From Candidatus Poribacteria bacterium (GTDB lineage: Bacteria > Poribacteria > WGA-4E > WGA-3G): DNA of 64,000 bases. Below the pieces are notes generated by a model, which was not told the origin of the DNA, ran no database searches, and worked only from the letters and a program-made list of their open reading frames with translations. Shown piece by piece: positions 48,480 through 58,621 of the stretch. A program made the translations under genes and the position numbers. Positions within the stretch are counted from its first letter, which is position 1. The number at the start of each line of letters is the position of its first letter. The stretch covers positions 2,304,001 to 2,368,000 of the forward strand of contig CAXXLX010000001.1 of assembly GCA_963665235.2 (NCBI GenBank), written 5' to 3'.

Positions 48480-49322
48480 ATGTTTTCACTATCACAAACA
48501 CAACACAGTCTCACTATCGCTTGGAACGACCAGCAGGTCTTAGGTTACCATTTTCCGGAAGATGGCAACCGTCCCTTTTGCCACCCGCTGAATTTACCGG
48601 GCGCGCCGCCGCTTACCATGAACGAACCCGGCGATCATGTCCATCATCAAGGGTTATGGGTGGCGTGGAAAAAGGTCAACGAAGTCAACTTTTGGGAGCA
48701 ACCCGCGCGAGGTGCCGATCCGACCGGTTTCGGCAAAATCGTTCATCAGCGAATTGTTTCGCTAAATACCACTCCCGACAGCGCGAGTTTAGCAGCAGAA
48801 AACGCATGGATAGATTGGCAAGGCATAACGCATCTCACAGAGCATCGCAAAATAACCGTTCAGGCCCCCGATGTCGATGCCATGCAGATTGCGGTATCAT
48901 TGACACTTCGCCCAAACGACCGTGAAGTTGTCCTCGATTTACGACGCGGCGAGCCCGGTGCGGATGGCAGATACTACAGCGGTATGGCTATCCGATTTGA
49001 CAATAGCATCACACCGGGCAATCTGTTAGATGCTGATGGACGCACCGAACCGATGGATATCTTCGGCAAACAGAGTCGGTGGTGTAGTTTTACCTCACAA
49101 CACCCCTCTGACGATGAAACCTACGGTGTTGCAATTATCGATCATCAGGATAATCCGCGTCATCCGACGACGTGGTGGGTGCGTAATCGCGAGAACTACT
49201 GTTTAATCCATCCGTCACCTGTCTATTATGAACCGTTCCATCTTGCACCTGATGAAACTTTGACGTTGCGGTATAGAGTCGTGCTCTACCGCGGCGAACC
49301 CAATGCAGCGTTATTTGCGTAA
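48480..49322 (+). CDS. DUF6807/'PmoA-like' beta-sandwich protein
   Basis: RPF.HPL, DHVHH.GLW, DH..NP..P..W.VR. Confidence 0.8.
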   Translation: MFSLSQTQHSLTIAWNDQQVLGYHFPEDGNRPFCHPLNLPGAPPLTMNEPGDHVHHQGLWVAWKKVNEVNFWEQPARGADPTGFGKIVHQRIVSLNTTPDSASLAAENAWIDWQGITHLTEHRKITVQAPDVDAMQIAVSLTLRPNDREVVLDLRRGEPGADGRYYSGMAIRFDNSITPGNLLDADGRTEPMDIFGKQSRWCSFTSQHPSDDETYGVAIIDHQDNPRHPTTWWVRNRENYCLIHPSPVYYEPFHLAPDETLTLRYRVVLYRGEPNAALFA

Positions 49323-49829
49323 AGCGTTTGACCTCTAAATAATTCGACTCAACGGAAGATGCCCATAATGCAATACACCGCCTCCGCGAATTGCTGTGTG
49401 TTGAACCGAGTATCCACGGCGGAAGAAATCTCGGTATAATCTTGAAAAGGAATGGGAAAAATTGAAGCGGTGAGACAACATGTAAACTAAAAAAAATCAA
49501 CACATTTTTTTGCGAAAAGGTTGTTGACATCCCAACTGTTTCATGCTACAAAGGATACTTGACGAAAACGATACGGAAAATAGCCGAAATATCAAAACCG
49601 ACTGACTACGAGTAGTGGCTAAATCGAGGCACGCGATAATACCGATAAAGGAGAAAGCATGAACGAATTGCAAGATGTAGAATCCCAAAGCGAAATTCTA
49701 GCGGTTGCTGATTCGGATTATGCGCCAACGTTTGAAGGATTTTAACGTAGAGGTGATAGATGGCTAATACCAATTCTGATTGGCGACTCCTTTTAATTTT
49801 ATAAACATACCGCCCTTGAGGAGCAGGTC

Positions 49830-51077
49830 ATGCAAAAAACAACTCACACATCCAAAAGGCGAGACTTTCTGACCACAATAGGCAAAGGGGCACTGTTCGC
49901 CAGTTTGGGTGTGTTCGGCGCGGGATGTGAAGCTGTCAACCGGGGGCTGTTGGACAGAGGACTCGTGCCCATTGGCTTAGTGGACGCGCAGGAGGCGGGA
50001 CTTCCAAAATCGGACATGCTCGTCCATTCAGAAGCTCCGTTTAATGGCGAGTTCGCGCCGCACCTGCTCAATGACAATGTTACCCCCACAGCACGACATT
50101 TTGTCCGGAACAATAGCGGTATCCCAGAACGAGCGATAAAACAGGAGCTGCACGGATGGAAACTAATCGTAGATGGTGAAGTGCATAAGACGCTTACCCT
50201 CTCAATGGATGACCTTACACGTTTTCCGCAGGTCACCATGGAGGTGGTATTGGAATGCGCGGGGAATGGGAGAAGTCTCTTTTCGCCAGAGGTTAGCGGA
50301 ACACCGTGGCAACGCGGTGCCGTTGCCTGTAGTCAATGGACAGGGGTGCGGTTGCGGGATGTTTTGCAAACCGCCGGTTTAAAGTCGAGTGCTGTCTACA
50401 CCGGAAACTACGGCGAAGATGTACCGTCTGATGGAAGTGAACCGTTTTCACGCGGCATTCCGATTGAGAAGGCGATGGACGAACACACACTTATCGCGCT
50501 GAAGATGAATGGTGAATTATTGCCCGCAGCACACGGATTCCCCGCAAGACTGCTCGTTCCCGGATGGATTGGCAGTGCGATGCAAAAGTGGCTCAACCGT
50601 ATCTGGGTGCGGGACAAAGTTCACGACTCCGAAAAAATGAGTGGATACGCCTATCGAATTCCGGCTTATCCGATAGCACCCGGGAAAAAACCCCCGGTTG
50701 AGGATATGCAGATTGCGACTGCATGGCAGGTTAAATCGCTCATTACCCTGCCCAAATCACATCTTGAACTACTCAGTAGGGGCGCGCCTATAAAGGTGAG
50801 AGGGCATGCATGGGCAGGCGAAAACCGAATTGATAAAGTGCTCGTCTCTGTAGACTTCGGTATCCGGTGGCAGGAGACGCAGTTAATTCCGCCATCGAAT
50901 AGATATGCATGGTATCATTGGGAAACGGAGCTCGCCTTTACAAACAGAGGTTATTATGAAATATGGGCACGCGCCTATGACAGGACAGGCAACGCACAAC
51001 CCTTTAATCAACCATGGAACCCAAAGGGTTACCTCGGCAATGTTATTCATAGGGTGCCTATCTCGGTAGTTGCATAA
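49830..51077 (+). CDS. Tat-exported sulfite oxidase family molybdoenzyme (SorA/SoxC-like)
   Basis: KRRDFL, FVRN, LECAGN.R, HGFPARL.VPG, KWL. Confidence 0.93.
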   Translation: MQKTTHTSKRRDFLTTIGKGALFASLGVFGAGCEAVNRGLLDRGLVPIGLVDAQEAGLPKSDMLVHSEAPFNGEFAPHLLNDNVTPTARHFVRNNSGIPERAIKQELHGWKLIVDGEVHKTLTLSMDDLTRFPQVTMEVVLECAGNGRSLFSPEVSGTPWQRGAVACSQWTGVRLRDVLQTAGLKSSAVYTGNYGEDVPSDGSEPFSRGIPIEKAMDEHTLIALKMNGELLPAAHGFPARLLVPGWIGSAMQKWLNRIWVRDKVHDSEKMSGYAYRIPAYPIAPGKKPPVEDMQIATAWQVKSLITLPKSHLELLSRGAPIKVRGHAWAGENRIDKVLVSVDFGIRWQETQLIPPSNRYAWYHWETELAFTNRGYYEIWARAYDRTGNAQPFNQPWNPKGYLGNVIHRVPISVVA

Positions 51078-51252
51078 CGTGAGCTTGATAATAAATATCC
51101 GTTTGCTCTAAACCTTTTTCACCGCGAAAAAAGCGGTATAATTGTAGCATAAACTTCCTAGTTTGTGCTGTTTTTTGCTAAAACTACCAGAGAACGCTCT
51201 AGGTCAAAACTTTTTTCAAACTCGCGTTGCCTAGATAGAAAGGAGTAAAAAA

Positions 51253-51738
51253 ATGAAACTTGGTGTTATGTCCGACAGTCACGATAATATTCCAAACATC
51301 AAACGTGCCGTCGCGCTTTTCAACGAAATCGGCGTGGATTTGGTAGTGCATGCAGGCGATTTTATCGCTCCGTTTGCGATTGACCCGTTGGCAGATTTGA
51401 ACTGCCGCGTTGTCGCTGTTTTTGGCAACAACGATGGCGAACGTGTTGTCGTTGCGAAACGGTTTGAAACCATAGGGGGTGAGGTGCATCCCAACTTGGC
51501 AAGTGCTTCTCTCGGCGACAGAAACATCGCTGTGATGCACTATCCTGAACTCGCCATCCCAATTGCTAAAAGTGGGGATTACGACATTGTTGTCTATGGG
51601 CACACGCATAAGATAGACATCCGTAAGGAAAAATCGCTCCTGCTGAATCCTGGCGAGACAGGCGGGTGGACAACGGGTGAAGCGACAGTTGCCGTTGTGG
51701 ATATGGAGACGCTTGAAGCGACAATTCATACGTTTTGA
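51253..51738 (+). CDS. YfcE-like metallophosphoesterase
   Basis: SDSHDN, HAGD, GNND, GHTH, NPGE. Confidence 0.93.
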   Translation: MKLGVMSDSHDNIPNIKRAVALFNEIGVDLVVHAGDFIAPFAIDPLADLNCRVVAVFGNNDGERVVVAKRFETIGGEVHPNLASASLGDRNIAVMHYPELAIPIAKSGDYDIVVYGHTHKIDIRKEKSLLLNPGETGGWTTGEATVAVVDMETLEATIHTF

Positions 51739-51758
51739 TGGATATTCCTCAAATTATA

Positions 51759-51900
51759 ACGCAAGTTGCCACATAGTAGCATAAACTTCCTAGTTTGTGC
51801 CATAAGGGCGCGAACTAGGAAGTTCACGGTACAATTAACAGCAGTTTTTGACTAAAAGCGGCGTTCCCAAGTCTAAAAATTTATAGGTGGCAACTTAGGT
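51759..51900 (+). mobile_element. MITE family A, copy C
   Basis: 14-bp TIRs; 7-bp TSD AATTATA on both sides. Confidence 0.92.
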
Positions 51901-51916
51901 AATTATAGGAGAATTA

Positions 51917-52765
51917 ATGGGCATAAGAACAACACACCAGGAACGGCAGTTTAAACTGACACCTGAAGAACTTTCATCTTGGGAAGAGAACGGATACTTT
52001 GTCCGTTACGGTGTTTTCACCGAAGAGGAAAACGACATTTTAGCGCAAATCGCTGATGACATCGCCATCGGAAAACGAACCTTTCCAGAATATCATATCT
52101 TTGAAAATGCTTTAGTCAGAGATGGGAAAATCGAAGCACATGGCATCCACGCGATGCACAATATTCAATATGTGAGTTGCAATTGCGAAGAATTCCTGGA
52201 GCGCACACGCGACCCACGGCTAACCGACCCTGCTGTTGACATCCTCGGGCCAGATATCCTTGGTCTCAACAATCTGTATATTTGGAAACCGCCAAAAATT
52301 GGCTTAGGTTTTCCGTGGCATCAAGACAAATGGTACTTTAATCATCAGTATAAAACCGGAACGACAGTTGCAACATGGACAGCGATTGATGATGCAGATA
52401 AAGAGAACGGGTGTTTACATGTCATCCCCGGCAGTCATAAATATGGCGTTCGTGAGCATAAGGCACTTGAGGGTTCACAACAGGGGGAGTTTAAACAAGC
52501 AGAAGGGGCGCGCGATGAAGATGGTGTCCCGGTAGAGGTCCCTGCTGGAGCGGTTATCTGGTTCAATAGTCAAGTCCTTCATAAAAGCACGGATAACCAC
52601 AGTAATCGTTTCCGCCGTGCTAATATAGCACACTATATCAGTGCCAAAGCAGAATGGACACGTCCTGAGGCTGTCAATAAAAAACGACCGCCCATGTGGA
52701 TTCGGGGTGAAACCTACCCCGGTATGGCGGATGAAGTCCAACGGGACGTTATAGGCATTCTATAA
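51917..52765 (+). CDS. phytanoyl-CoA dioxygenase (PhyH) family
   Basis: PWHQD, W.AIDDA..ENGCL..IPGSH, H.S..N.S...R. Confidence 0.93.
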   Translation: MGIRTTHQERQFKLTPEELSSWEENGYFVRYGVFTEEENDILAQIADDIAIGKRTFPEYHIFENALVRDGKIEAHGIHAMHNIQYVSCNCEEFLERTRDPRLTDPAVDILGPDILGLNNLYIWKPPKIGLGFPWHQDKWYFNHQYKTGTTVATWTAIDDADKENGCLHVIPGSHKYGVREHKALEGSQQGEFKQAEGARDEDGVPVEVPAGAVIWFNSQVLHKSTDNHSNRFRRANIAHYISAKAEWTRPEAVNKKRPPMWIRGETYPGMADEVQRDVIGIL

Positions 52766-52829
52766 TCCGATTAACGACTAACGAAAGGGCATTATCATCA
52801 AAAAGCTACGACTTACTCCCATCTATCTC

Positions 52830-53846
52830 TTGCTTCTTTTGCTTCTGTCATCGTCCAGTGCAAATGTGCCTTCCCGATACTTGAAGCAATCCACCGAATG
52901 GTTTCAGAGCGCGGAAGGTCGCCGTATTGCCGACAACGTCCTCAGTTGGCAGACACCGCACGGCGGTTGGCCCAAGGGTAGAGACACGGCATCTGAGCCG
53001 TTTGATGGTAAAAGTGAGGATTTGCATGCAACGTTCGACAACGGTGCGACCATTGATGAACTAAGGTTGCTTGCCCGTGCGTTTCGGGCGACAAACGAGC
53101 CGCGCTACCAACAAGCCTTTCTCAAAGGTCTTTCTCATATCCTTGAAGCACAATACCCGAATGGCGGGTGGCCTCAGTTTTATCCGCTAAGCAAAAACTA
53201 CCATCGTCACATAACGTTTAATGACAATGTTATGGCCCGCATTCTCGGACTTCTTCGAGATGTCTCTGAATCGTCCGACTATCAGTTCCTGAAAACGGAG
53301 GTCCGCGCTAAGGTTGCAGCTGCTGTAACCAAGGGCATCGACTGCATCCTGCTCACACAGATTAAACAGGAGGGTAAACTCACTGCCTGGTGTGCACAAC
53401 ATGACGAAAAGACGTTTGAACCTGCATGGGCGCGTTCCTATGAGCCGCCATCTATCTCAGGTGCTGAAAGCGTTGGGGTTGTGCGTTTCCTGATGTCAGT
53501 AAAAGAGCCCACACCGGCAATCATCGCTGCTGTCGAGGGGGCCGTTGCATGGTTCAGGAGTGTCGCTATCTACGGCATGCGTTTCGACAGGTTCACCGAC
53601 GCAGCGGGACGAAACGATACGCGGGTCGTGGCGGATGCTGACGCAGGCCCGATCTGGGCGCGTTTCTACGAGCTCGGCAGCAACCGTCCAATTTTTCTGG
53701 ACCGAGACTCGGTCGTCCGCTACTCGCTCTCCGAGATTGGGCAGGAACGCCGCGGCGGATACGCCTACTACGGGAGTTGGGCCACCAGGTTAATCAGAGA
53801 TGAGTACCCACGGTGGCAGGAAAAACACAAGCTCCTGAAGGAGTGA
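52830..53846 (+). CDS. pectate lyase, PL10 (PelA-like); start uncertain
   Basis: GGWPK, ATFDNGAT, NGGWPQFYP, ITFND, W.AQHD, ARSYEP, WARFYE. Confidence 0.92.
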   Translation: MLLLLLSSSSANVPSRYLKQSTEWFQSAEGRRIADNVLSWQTPHGGWPKGRDTASEPFDGKSEDLHATFDNGATIDELRLLARAFRATNEPRYQQAFLKGLSHILEAQYPNGGWPQFYPLSKNYHRHITFNDNVMARILGLLRDVSESSDYQFLKTEVRAKVAAAVTKGIDCILLTQIKQEGKLTAWCAQHDEKTFEPAWARSYEPPSISGAESVGVVRFLMSVKEPTPAIIAAVEGAVAWFRSVAIYGMRFDRFTDAAGRNDTRVVADADAGPIWARFYELGSNRPIFLDRDSVVRYSLSEIGQERRGGYAYYGSWATRLIRDEYPRWQEKHKLLKE

Positions 53847-53999
53847 CCGATTCAAGAAACCATTTATTGCCCGTCGCAGCCCTGGTTCTAGTAGCAAAAC
53901 CCATCGCGCATCACAACCCTATACAACCCGATGGGCTATGAATCGCCCTTGAGGAGCGGGAGACCGTTTGCCCGAATACTAAACGGGTGTACGAAAACT

Positions 54000-54500
54000 T
54001 TACGCACTATCCTTCAGAGCTTCCACGACGGCCATTAGTCTATCCCAATATTCGCTGTCCTCATCGGGCTCGGGGACTAACGTCATAACATTCATTGCCT
54101 CATAAGCTCTGTTACTACACTGTATCCAGAGTCTACCGTATTTTTCTTGGTCGGCTTTTGGTACTTCTTCCCACGGTCGCAAGATGATCCGTTCCCAGTG
54201 TGCTACCATTTCTGCTTGAAGGGATGGGTCTAACTTCCGGAACTCAAGTAGCGTTCCATGAGTCAACAGTATCCGGAGAACGGGAACCTGCTTCGGGTCT
54301 GGATATAATTTGTCGAGTGGCACTGCCTTGTCAGCAAAATCAATCTGGACGGCTGCAAAGGTGTATGCACAGCGTGCATTCACATCCACCGCTGCAAATC
54401 TCATGAGATTGTCAGTCAGGACAAGGAGTTCCAGTCTTAAAGCTTCAAGGATATAAACATCTTCTGGAATTTCTCCAATATTTTCTGGTGTCATAATCAA
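54000..54500 (-). CDS. hypothetical protein
   Basis: AAGGAG RBS, 166-aa acidic ORF. Confidence 0.6.
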   Translation of the reverse strand: MIMTPENIGEIPEDVYILEALRLELLVLTDNLMRFAAVDVNARCAYTFAAVQIDFADKAVPLDKLYPDPKQVPVLRILLTHGTLLEFRKLDPSLQAEMVAHWERIILRPWEEVPKADQEKYGRLWIQCSNRAYEAMNVMTLVPEPDEDSEYWDRLMAVVEALKDSA

Positions 54501-54555
54501 AGTTTCTCCTTTTGCGGCATTTCATCGCGGTTATGGTAAAATCAAGCGTAGTACA

Positions 54556-55821
54556 CTACTCAATATACCCTAAATTCCGTAATCTACCCTCCAAAATCTC
54601 TTTCTCCTCGGGTGTGGAGGTTTGTGCTTGGAGGTGTTGGTAATTAGAATTCATCAAAATTTCGTCGTAAGCATCTCGGAACCTGTCCGGTGTTTCGCAC
54701 GGTACATCTTCGCCTTGCATAATGTGCCGGTAAACATATTCGCCTGTCTGTTCATCTTCACGATAGAGATATTCCCCATCTGTCAGTGACCAGAGGCGCA
54801 CACCTCCCGAATAGCGTGCAATCTCAACGTTGTCCACTGTGGTTCGCGAAGTCACGCGATGATGCGGCATCTCCAAGTTGTTTTTACTGAGAAACCCGGT
54901 GCCGTAGAGACTATCCAACTCCGATAATACCAAACGGTTATCCTCAATTTCGGATGGCACTAATAGGTTTTGTCCGTACCCCTGATAGTCGGTTTCAATA
55001 CCAGCCAGGTTCGTAATCGTGGGAAACAGATCGATGGCTGAAATCGGTGCGTTTGGAAACGTTAATGTTTCCACACCGGGAATATGTGCTAACAGCGGTA
55101 CGTGTAGCACATTTTGATTGAGCGTGCTGCCATGGTCGGTAATTTCCTCACAAATTCCCTCGCCGTGGTCCCCGAAGATAAAGACTGCCCAGTCTGACAA
55201 GCGGAGCTGTTTCAGAATTTCAACGAGTTTGAACTCAAGAACGTGTGTAACAGCAGCATAGTAAAACCGCAGTGCTTCATCTATTCTTCCCTTGTCAACA
55301 AGTGATTTGAGGCTCGGCGCGCCCGGAATTCCGCTCATTCCGTAACCGCCATGTGTATACCAGAAGTGCAAAAAACAGAATTGCGGGGTTTCCGAAGACT
55401 GCTTGAGATGCTGCATCAGGTCTTCAAGCGAACCGAGATGTTGCGCTGCTGCGTTCGGGTCTACGGGTGTAATAAACGGCTCAAAATCAAGGAATCGGAA
55501 CACCTCCGGGCGTTCGGAACGTCCGGTGATATGATACCCCGCATCGGCAAAGAGTTGAAATAGATTTGGAATGCCTTTGAACATCTTAAGATATGTCTGT
55601 CCGTAGACCCCATGTTCAAACGGATAGAGTCCCGTAAAATAGGAGGTATGAGAGGGACGGGTTGCCGGTGCGGGCACGAAAAACTTTTCTGCAAGCGAGA
55701 AATCCCGCGTCAACAGGTCGAATTTCGGGGTGTTGAAAAGCGGATTGGTCCGGCTGAGCGCATCAAACCGCCAACAGTCGATTGAGATGAGAAGAAATTT
55801 ATTAACACCGTTGGTTTCCAT
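54556..55821 (-). CDS. sulfatase-like/alkaline-phosphatase-superfamily hydrolase
   Basis: ISIDCWR.D, TRPSH.S.FTGLYP, GDHGE, HVPL, C-terminal LRNLGYIE. Confidence 0.88.
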   Translation of the reverse strand: METNGVNKFLLISIDCWRFDALSRTNPLFNTPKFDLLTRDFSLAEKFFVPAPATRPSHTSYFTGLYPFEHGVYGQTYLKMFKGIPNLFQLFADAGYHITGRSERPEVFRFLDFEPFITPVDPNAAAQHLGSLEDLMQHLKQSSETPQFCFLHFWYTHGGYGMSGIPGAPSLKSLVDKGRIDEALRFYYAAVTHVLEFKLVEILKQLRLSDWAVFIFGDHGEGICEEITDHGSTLNQNVLHVPLLAHIPGVETLTFPNAPISAIDLFPTITNLAGIETDYQGYGQNLLVPSEIEDNRLVLSELDSLYGTGFLSKNNLEMPHHRVTSRTTVDNVEIARYSGGVRLWSLTDGEYLYREDEQTGEYVYRHIMQGEDVPCETPDRFRDAYDEILMNSNYQHLQAQTSTPEEKEILEGRLRNLGYIE

Positions 55822-55824
55822 TTT

Positions 55825-57177
55825 TTAATCCATTAACCTTGCATTGTATTGCCGCTCGGTATGCTGATAACTGCCAAACTGCTCAGGCTGAAAAGGCGTA
55901 GGGGTATAGATATAGACAGCATCACTATAAGGGTCGTAGAGGATAACCTCTTCGCGTGCATCGCCACAGACATCGGCGGGAAAGCAGTGATACCATCCCA
56001 TTTTACCTCCGGTCGGTGGGGGCAGGTCGGGAAATGTTACCGTTCTGTTTCCTGTGCCATCGTAAAGTGCAGCGGGGCTGTAAATCAGTTCAGGCTGGTC
56101 TATGCCGTGCCAACGAATTACCTCTAAACCTGTGTTGTTCGGGGTTTCATCAACTTTAAAACGGCTTTGGATTTGTCCAGCATTGTCAACCACTATCAGG
56201 TCCGGATGATGTCCGTTATAGCGGATAACTAAGTTCGGTGACATATCTGTAAGCAGGTTGCCACATCTTATTTCTTGTCCGTGCGGTACGATGTCGAAAC
56301 CAAGCGCGAGAATCGGATTCCCCGCTGCGTCTAAGACCTGTCCGCCGCCTGAGAGGATAGCCCGCTTTTCCCCATCCCACGCTTCAACTAGAACAGAGTC
56401 CATGTTGTCGCCGAGGTATTTATTCCAGAGGACTGTGCCATCAGCCGCCAGTCCAAAATTGCCGCCATTGACTTCATCCAGTCCATCCGCGTTGAAATCC
56501 CCGACTGCGGGGATATATGCGGAGTGTTTTGGATACCGAAACCACTTATCGGTGTACTGCCAGAGTAGTTCAAGTTTATGATTAAATGCGAGCACATCCA
56601 CGCCGACCTTCACTACGAAATCTTGGGGTTGATCATTTCCGCAGAGATTGGCAATCATCAACCGCTGGTGGACATAATTTGGGATATGCCGTTCACCTGC
56701 TACGTAGGCACTACACTGCCGAAGCGTCTCGGACACGCTAGTGTGTTTAATGTCCCCAGTCGCGCCATCCAAAATCATCAAGCGAATTTCGGATAAATTC
56801 CATCTGCTTGCTTCTGTCGAATCTGCATCTATCCAGAAACAGATAACTTCCGCCTGTCCATCCGCGTCGATATCGTAAATTGCGACGGGGCCAGGTCGTT
56901 CAGGAGAGAGTGTTGTTAAGGCAGCGTTTTCTTCGTCTACGTCAGGCATTTCAAGCAGTTTATCGCCTAGCGACCAAAGCGGTTCACCTTCGATGGTAAA
57001 CGCTCCGAGGAAACAGGGATGGATGCCGCCGAGCGACTTGTATACCAAAAAATCGACGGTACCGTCTCCTGTCAAATCGCCGGTACGGATATCGCCACCC
57101 CAGGAGCGGCCCGCCGTTTGATTGAGAAATGCATCTGGAATTGCTATGCGTTTGTAGAGATGCGCGGTTTGTGGCAT
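55825..57177 (-). CDS. FG-GAP/VCBS-repeat protein, rhamnogalacturonan lyase (PL11)-like
   Basis: GDLTGDG, YDIDADGQAEV, GDFNADGLDEV, ADVCGDAREEVI. Confidence 0.7.
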   Translation of the reverse strand: MPQTAHLYKRIAIPDAFLNQTAGRSWGGDIRTGDLTGDGTVDFLVYKSLGGIHPCFLGAFTIEGEPLWSLGDKLLEMPDVDEENAALTTLSPERPGPVAIYDIDADGQAEVICFWIDADSTEASRWNLSEIRLMILDGATGDIKHTSVSETLRQCSAYVAGERHIPNYVHQRLMIANLCGNDQPQDFVVKVGVDVLAFNHKLELLWQYTDKWFRYPKHSAYIPAVGDFNADGLDEVNGGNFGLAADGTVLWNKYLGDNMDSVLVEAWDGEKRAILSGGGQVLDAAGNPILALGFDIVPHGQEIRCGNLLTDMSPNLVIRYNGHHPDLIVVDNAGQIQSRFKVDETPNNTGLEVIRWHGIDQPELIYSPAALYDGTGNRTVTFPDLPPPTGGKMGWYHCFPADVCGDAREEVILYDPYSDAVYIYTPTPFQPEQFGSYQHTERQYNARLMD

Positions 57178-57269
57178 ATTCGCTTACTCAAGTTAAGAAG
57201 GTTTAGTATAGGTAACCGATGTTGTGATTAGCGTTTCACCAAATTGCTATGTATGAATAATTGTCCGCT

Positions 57270-58379
57270 TTACTCCATTAGATTCTTAATGCTTACTGAA
57301 ACCGCTTTGAAAACTACCCGATATGCCGGTATAAACGACCTTAACGCTCCCCACTGCATAGGTCTTTTGCCTGCCGGGGACACCGCCCGCGCACTATCGC
57401 TTACCCAGTCTAGGGTATGGTCAATGCCCAAATGCTCTGTCAAGCGCGTCGTTTTACCGGTAGCAAGATGATACTTATAGATATTTGTAGGCGGTTCCTC
57501 TATATCTGGCGGTGCGTTCAACTTTACCTTATTCCCACTGAAAACTACCGATTCACCATTCTCCATCCAGTCAATACCCCGCAGGTCCCAATCCTTCGGT
57601 ATAAGCAACGATTGAACGTGCTCCCCTTTCGCGTTGCAAACTCGATAACGGTACGCCCGCCGAATAAGGGCGAGTTCGTGTGGGGGCCAAGGCTCCCAGG
57701 TATACTCTGTTTGTATATAAACAATGCGTTTTCCATTCGGGGACCAACGCGGATACCACCTGTGAATCACCAACGCCCCCGGCAAGGGTTCCGGTTGCGC
57801 TGGTATTAGAGGTCGTAGATTACTACCATCGGCTCCTATAATATAGAGGGTCCCCCCGGCCCCGCCAGCGGCACTACTAGTTGAAAATACAATATGTTTG
57901 CCATCCGGTGACCAATCGGGCATGGTTACGACAATATCCTCGATAAGTTTTGTTATCTGACCGCTCTCAATATCTATCACCAAGAGACTATGTCTCGCTT
58001 TGTTGTTTACCCTTTCTGTCCGGTGAAATAGGATAGACTTTCCATCCGGTGAAAATGGCCCCGGCGAATCAGTAGCTTCTCCAACCAGTGTTGTAAGCTG
58101 CCGGATACTTGTGCCATCCGCCTTTATCAGGAAGAGACGGCTTCTTTTATTCCGCTTATCCGTTTGTCTCGAAAACACAATATACTTGCCATCCGGAGAC
58201 CATCTTGGTATAGCAGGATGCAACATATCGGTCAGTAGTTTGACGTTGCCACCATCATCGTCCATGACATAGATGCCATCTACACCCTCACGGGTCGAGT
58301 CAAAAACGATTTTGGCACTTGCCTCCATTGCAAAGAAGAGGAAAAGGAGGACACTGAGGCTCGCTATTAGTAGACGCAT
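57270..58379 (-). CDS. TolB-like/PD40 beta-propeller with a VSPAGK..QWGALR tail
   Basis: Signal peptide, KIVFDS.R, WSPDGK repeats, AVSPAGKRPMQWGALR. Confidence 0.9.
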   Translation of the reverse strand: MRLLIASLSVLLFLFFAMEASAKIVFDSTREGVDGIYVMDDDGGNVKLLTDMLHPAIPRWSPDGKYIVFSRQTDKRNKRSRLFLIKADGTSIRQLTTLVGEATDSPGPFSPDGKSILFHRTERVNNKARHSLLVIDIESGQITKLIEDIVVTMPDWSPDGKHIVFSTSSAAGGAGGTLYIIGADGSNLRPLIPAQPEPLPGALVIHRWYPRWSPNGKRIVYIQTEYTWEPWPPHELALIRRAYRYRVCNAKGEHVQSLLIPKDWDLRGIDWMENGESVVFSGNKVKLNAPPDIEEPPTNIYKYHLATGKTTRLTEHLGIDHTLDWVSDSARAVSPAGKRPMQWGALRSFIPAYRVVFKAVSVSIKNLME

Positions 58380-58511
58380 GGTTAATCTCCTTATCGTAAG
58401 AAAGGGGCTGAACGAAGTTTAAGAAAATAAATCAGTAATCTGCATAGTTAGGAAACCTACCTATCAGCGGGTACACGCGTATAATGCAGATAGGAAATTA
58501 CCGAATTAATA

Positions 58512-58606
58512 TAGGACTTACGCAAATAGAACAGATTTTTTCGAGTTCTTGCAGAGGTCTACCCCCCCCTAACCCCCCGCAGGCGGAGAGGAATGCGTAA
58601 GTCCTA
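58512..58606. mobile_element. 95-bp MITE
   Basis: Perfect 13-bp TIR TAGGACTTACGCA/TGCGTAAGTCCTA; 6-bp TSD TTAATA. Confidence 0.88.
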
Positions 58607-58621
58607 TTAATAAATTAATCG

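Noticed and set aside
48480-49322. Particulate methane monooxygenase
   Set aside because: Soluble DUF6807-type protein; the 'PmoA' family name is misleading, with no TMs and no pmoBC.
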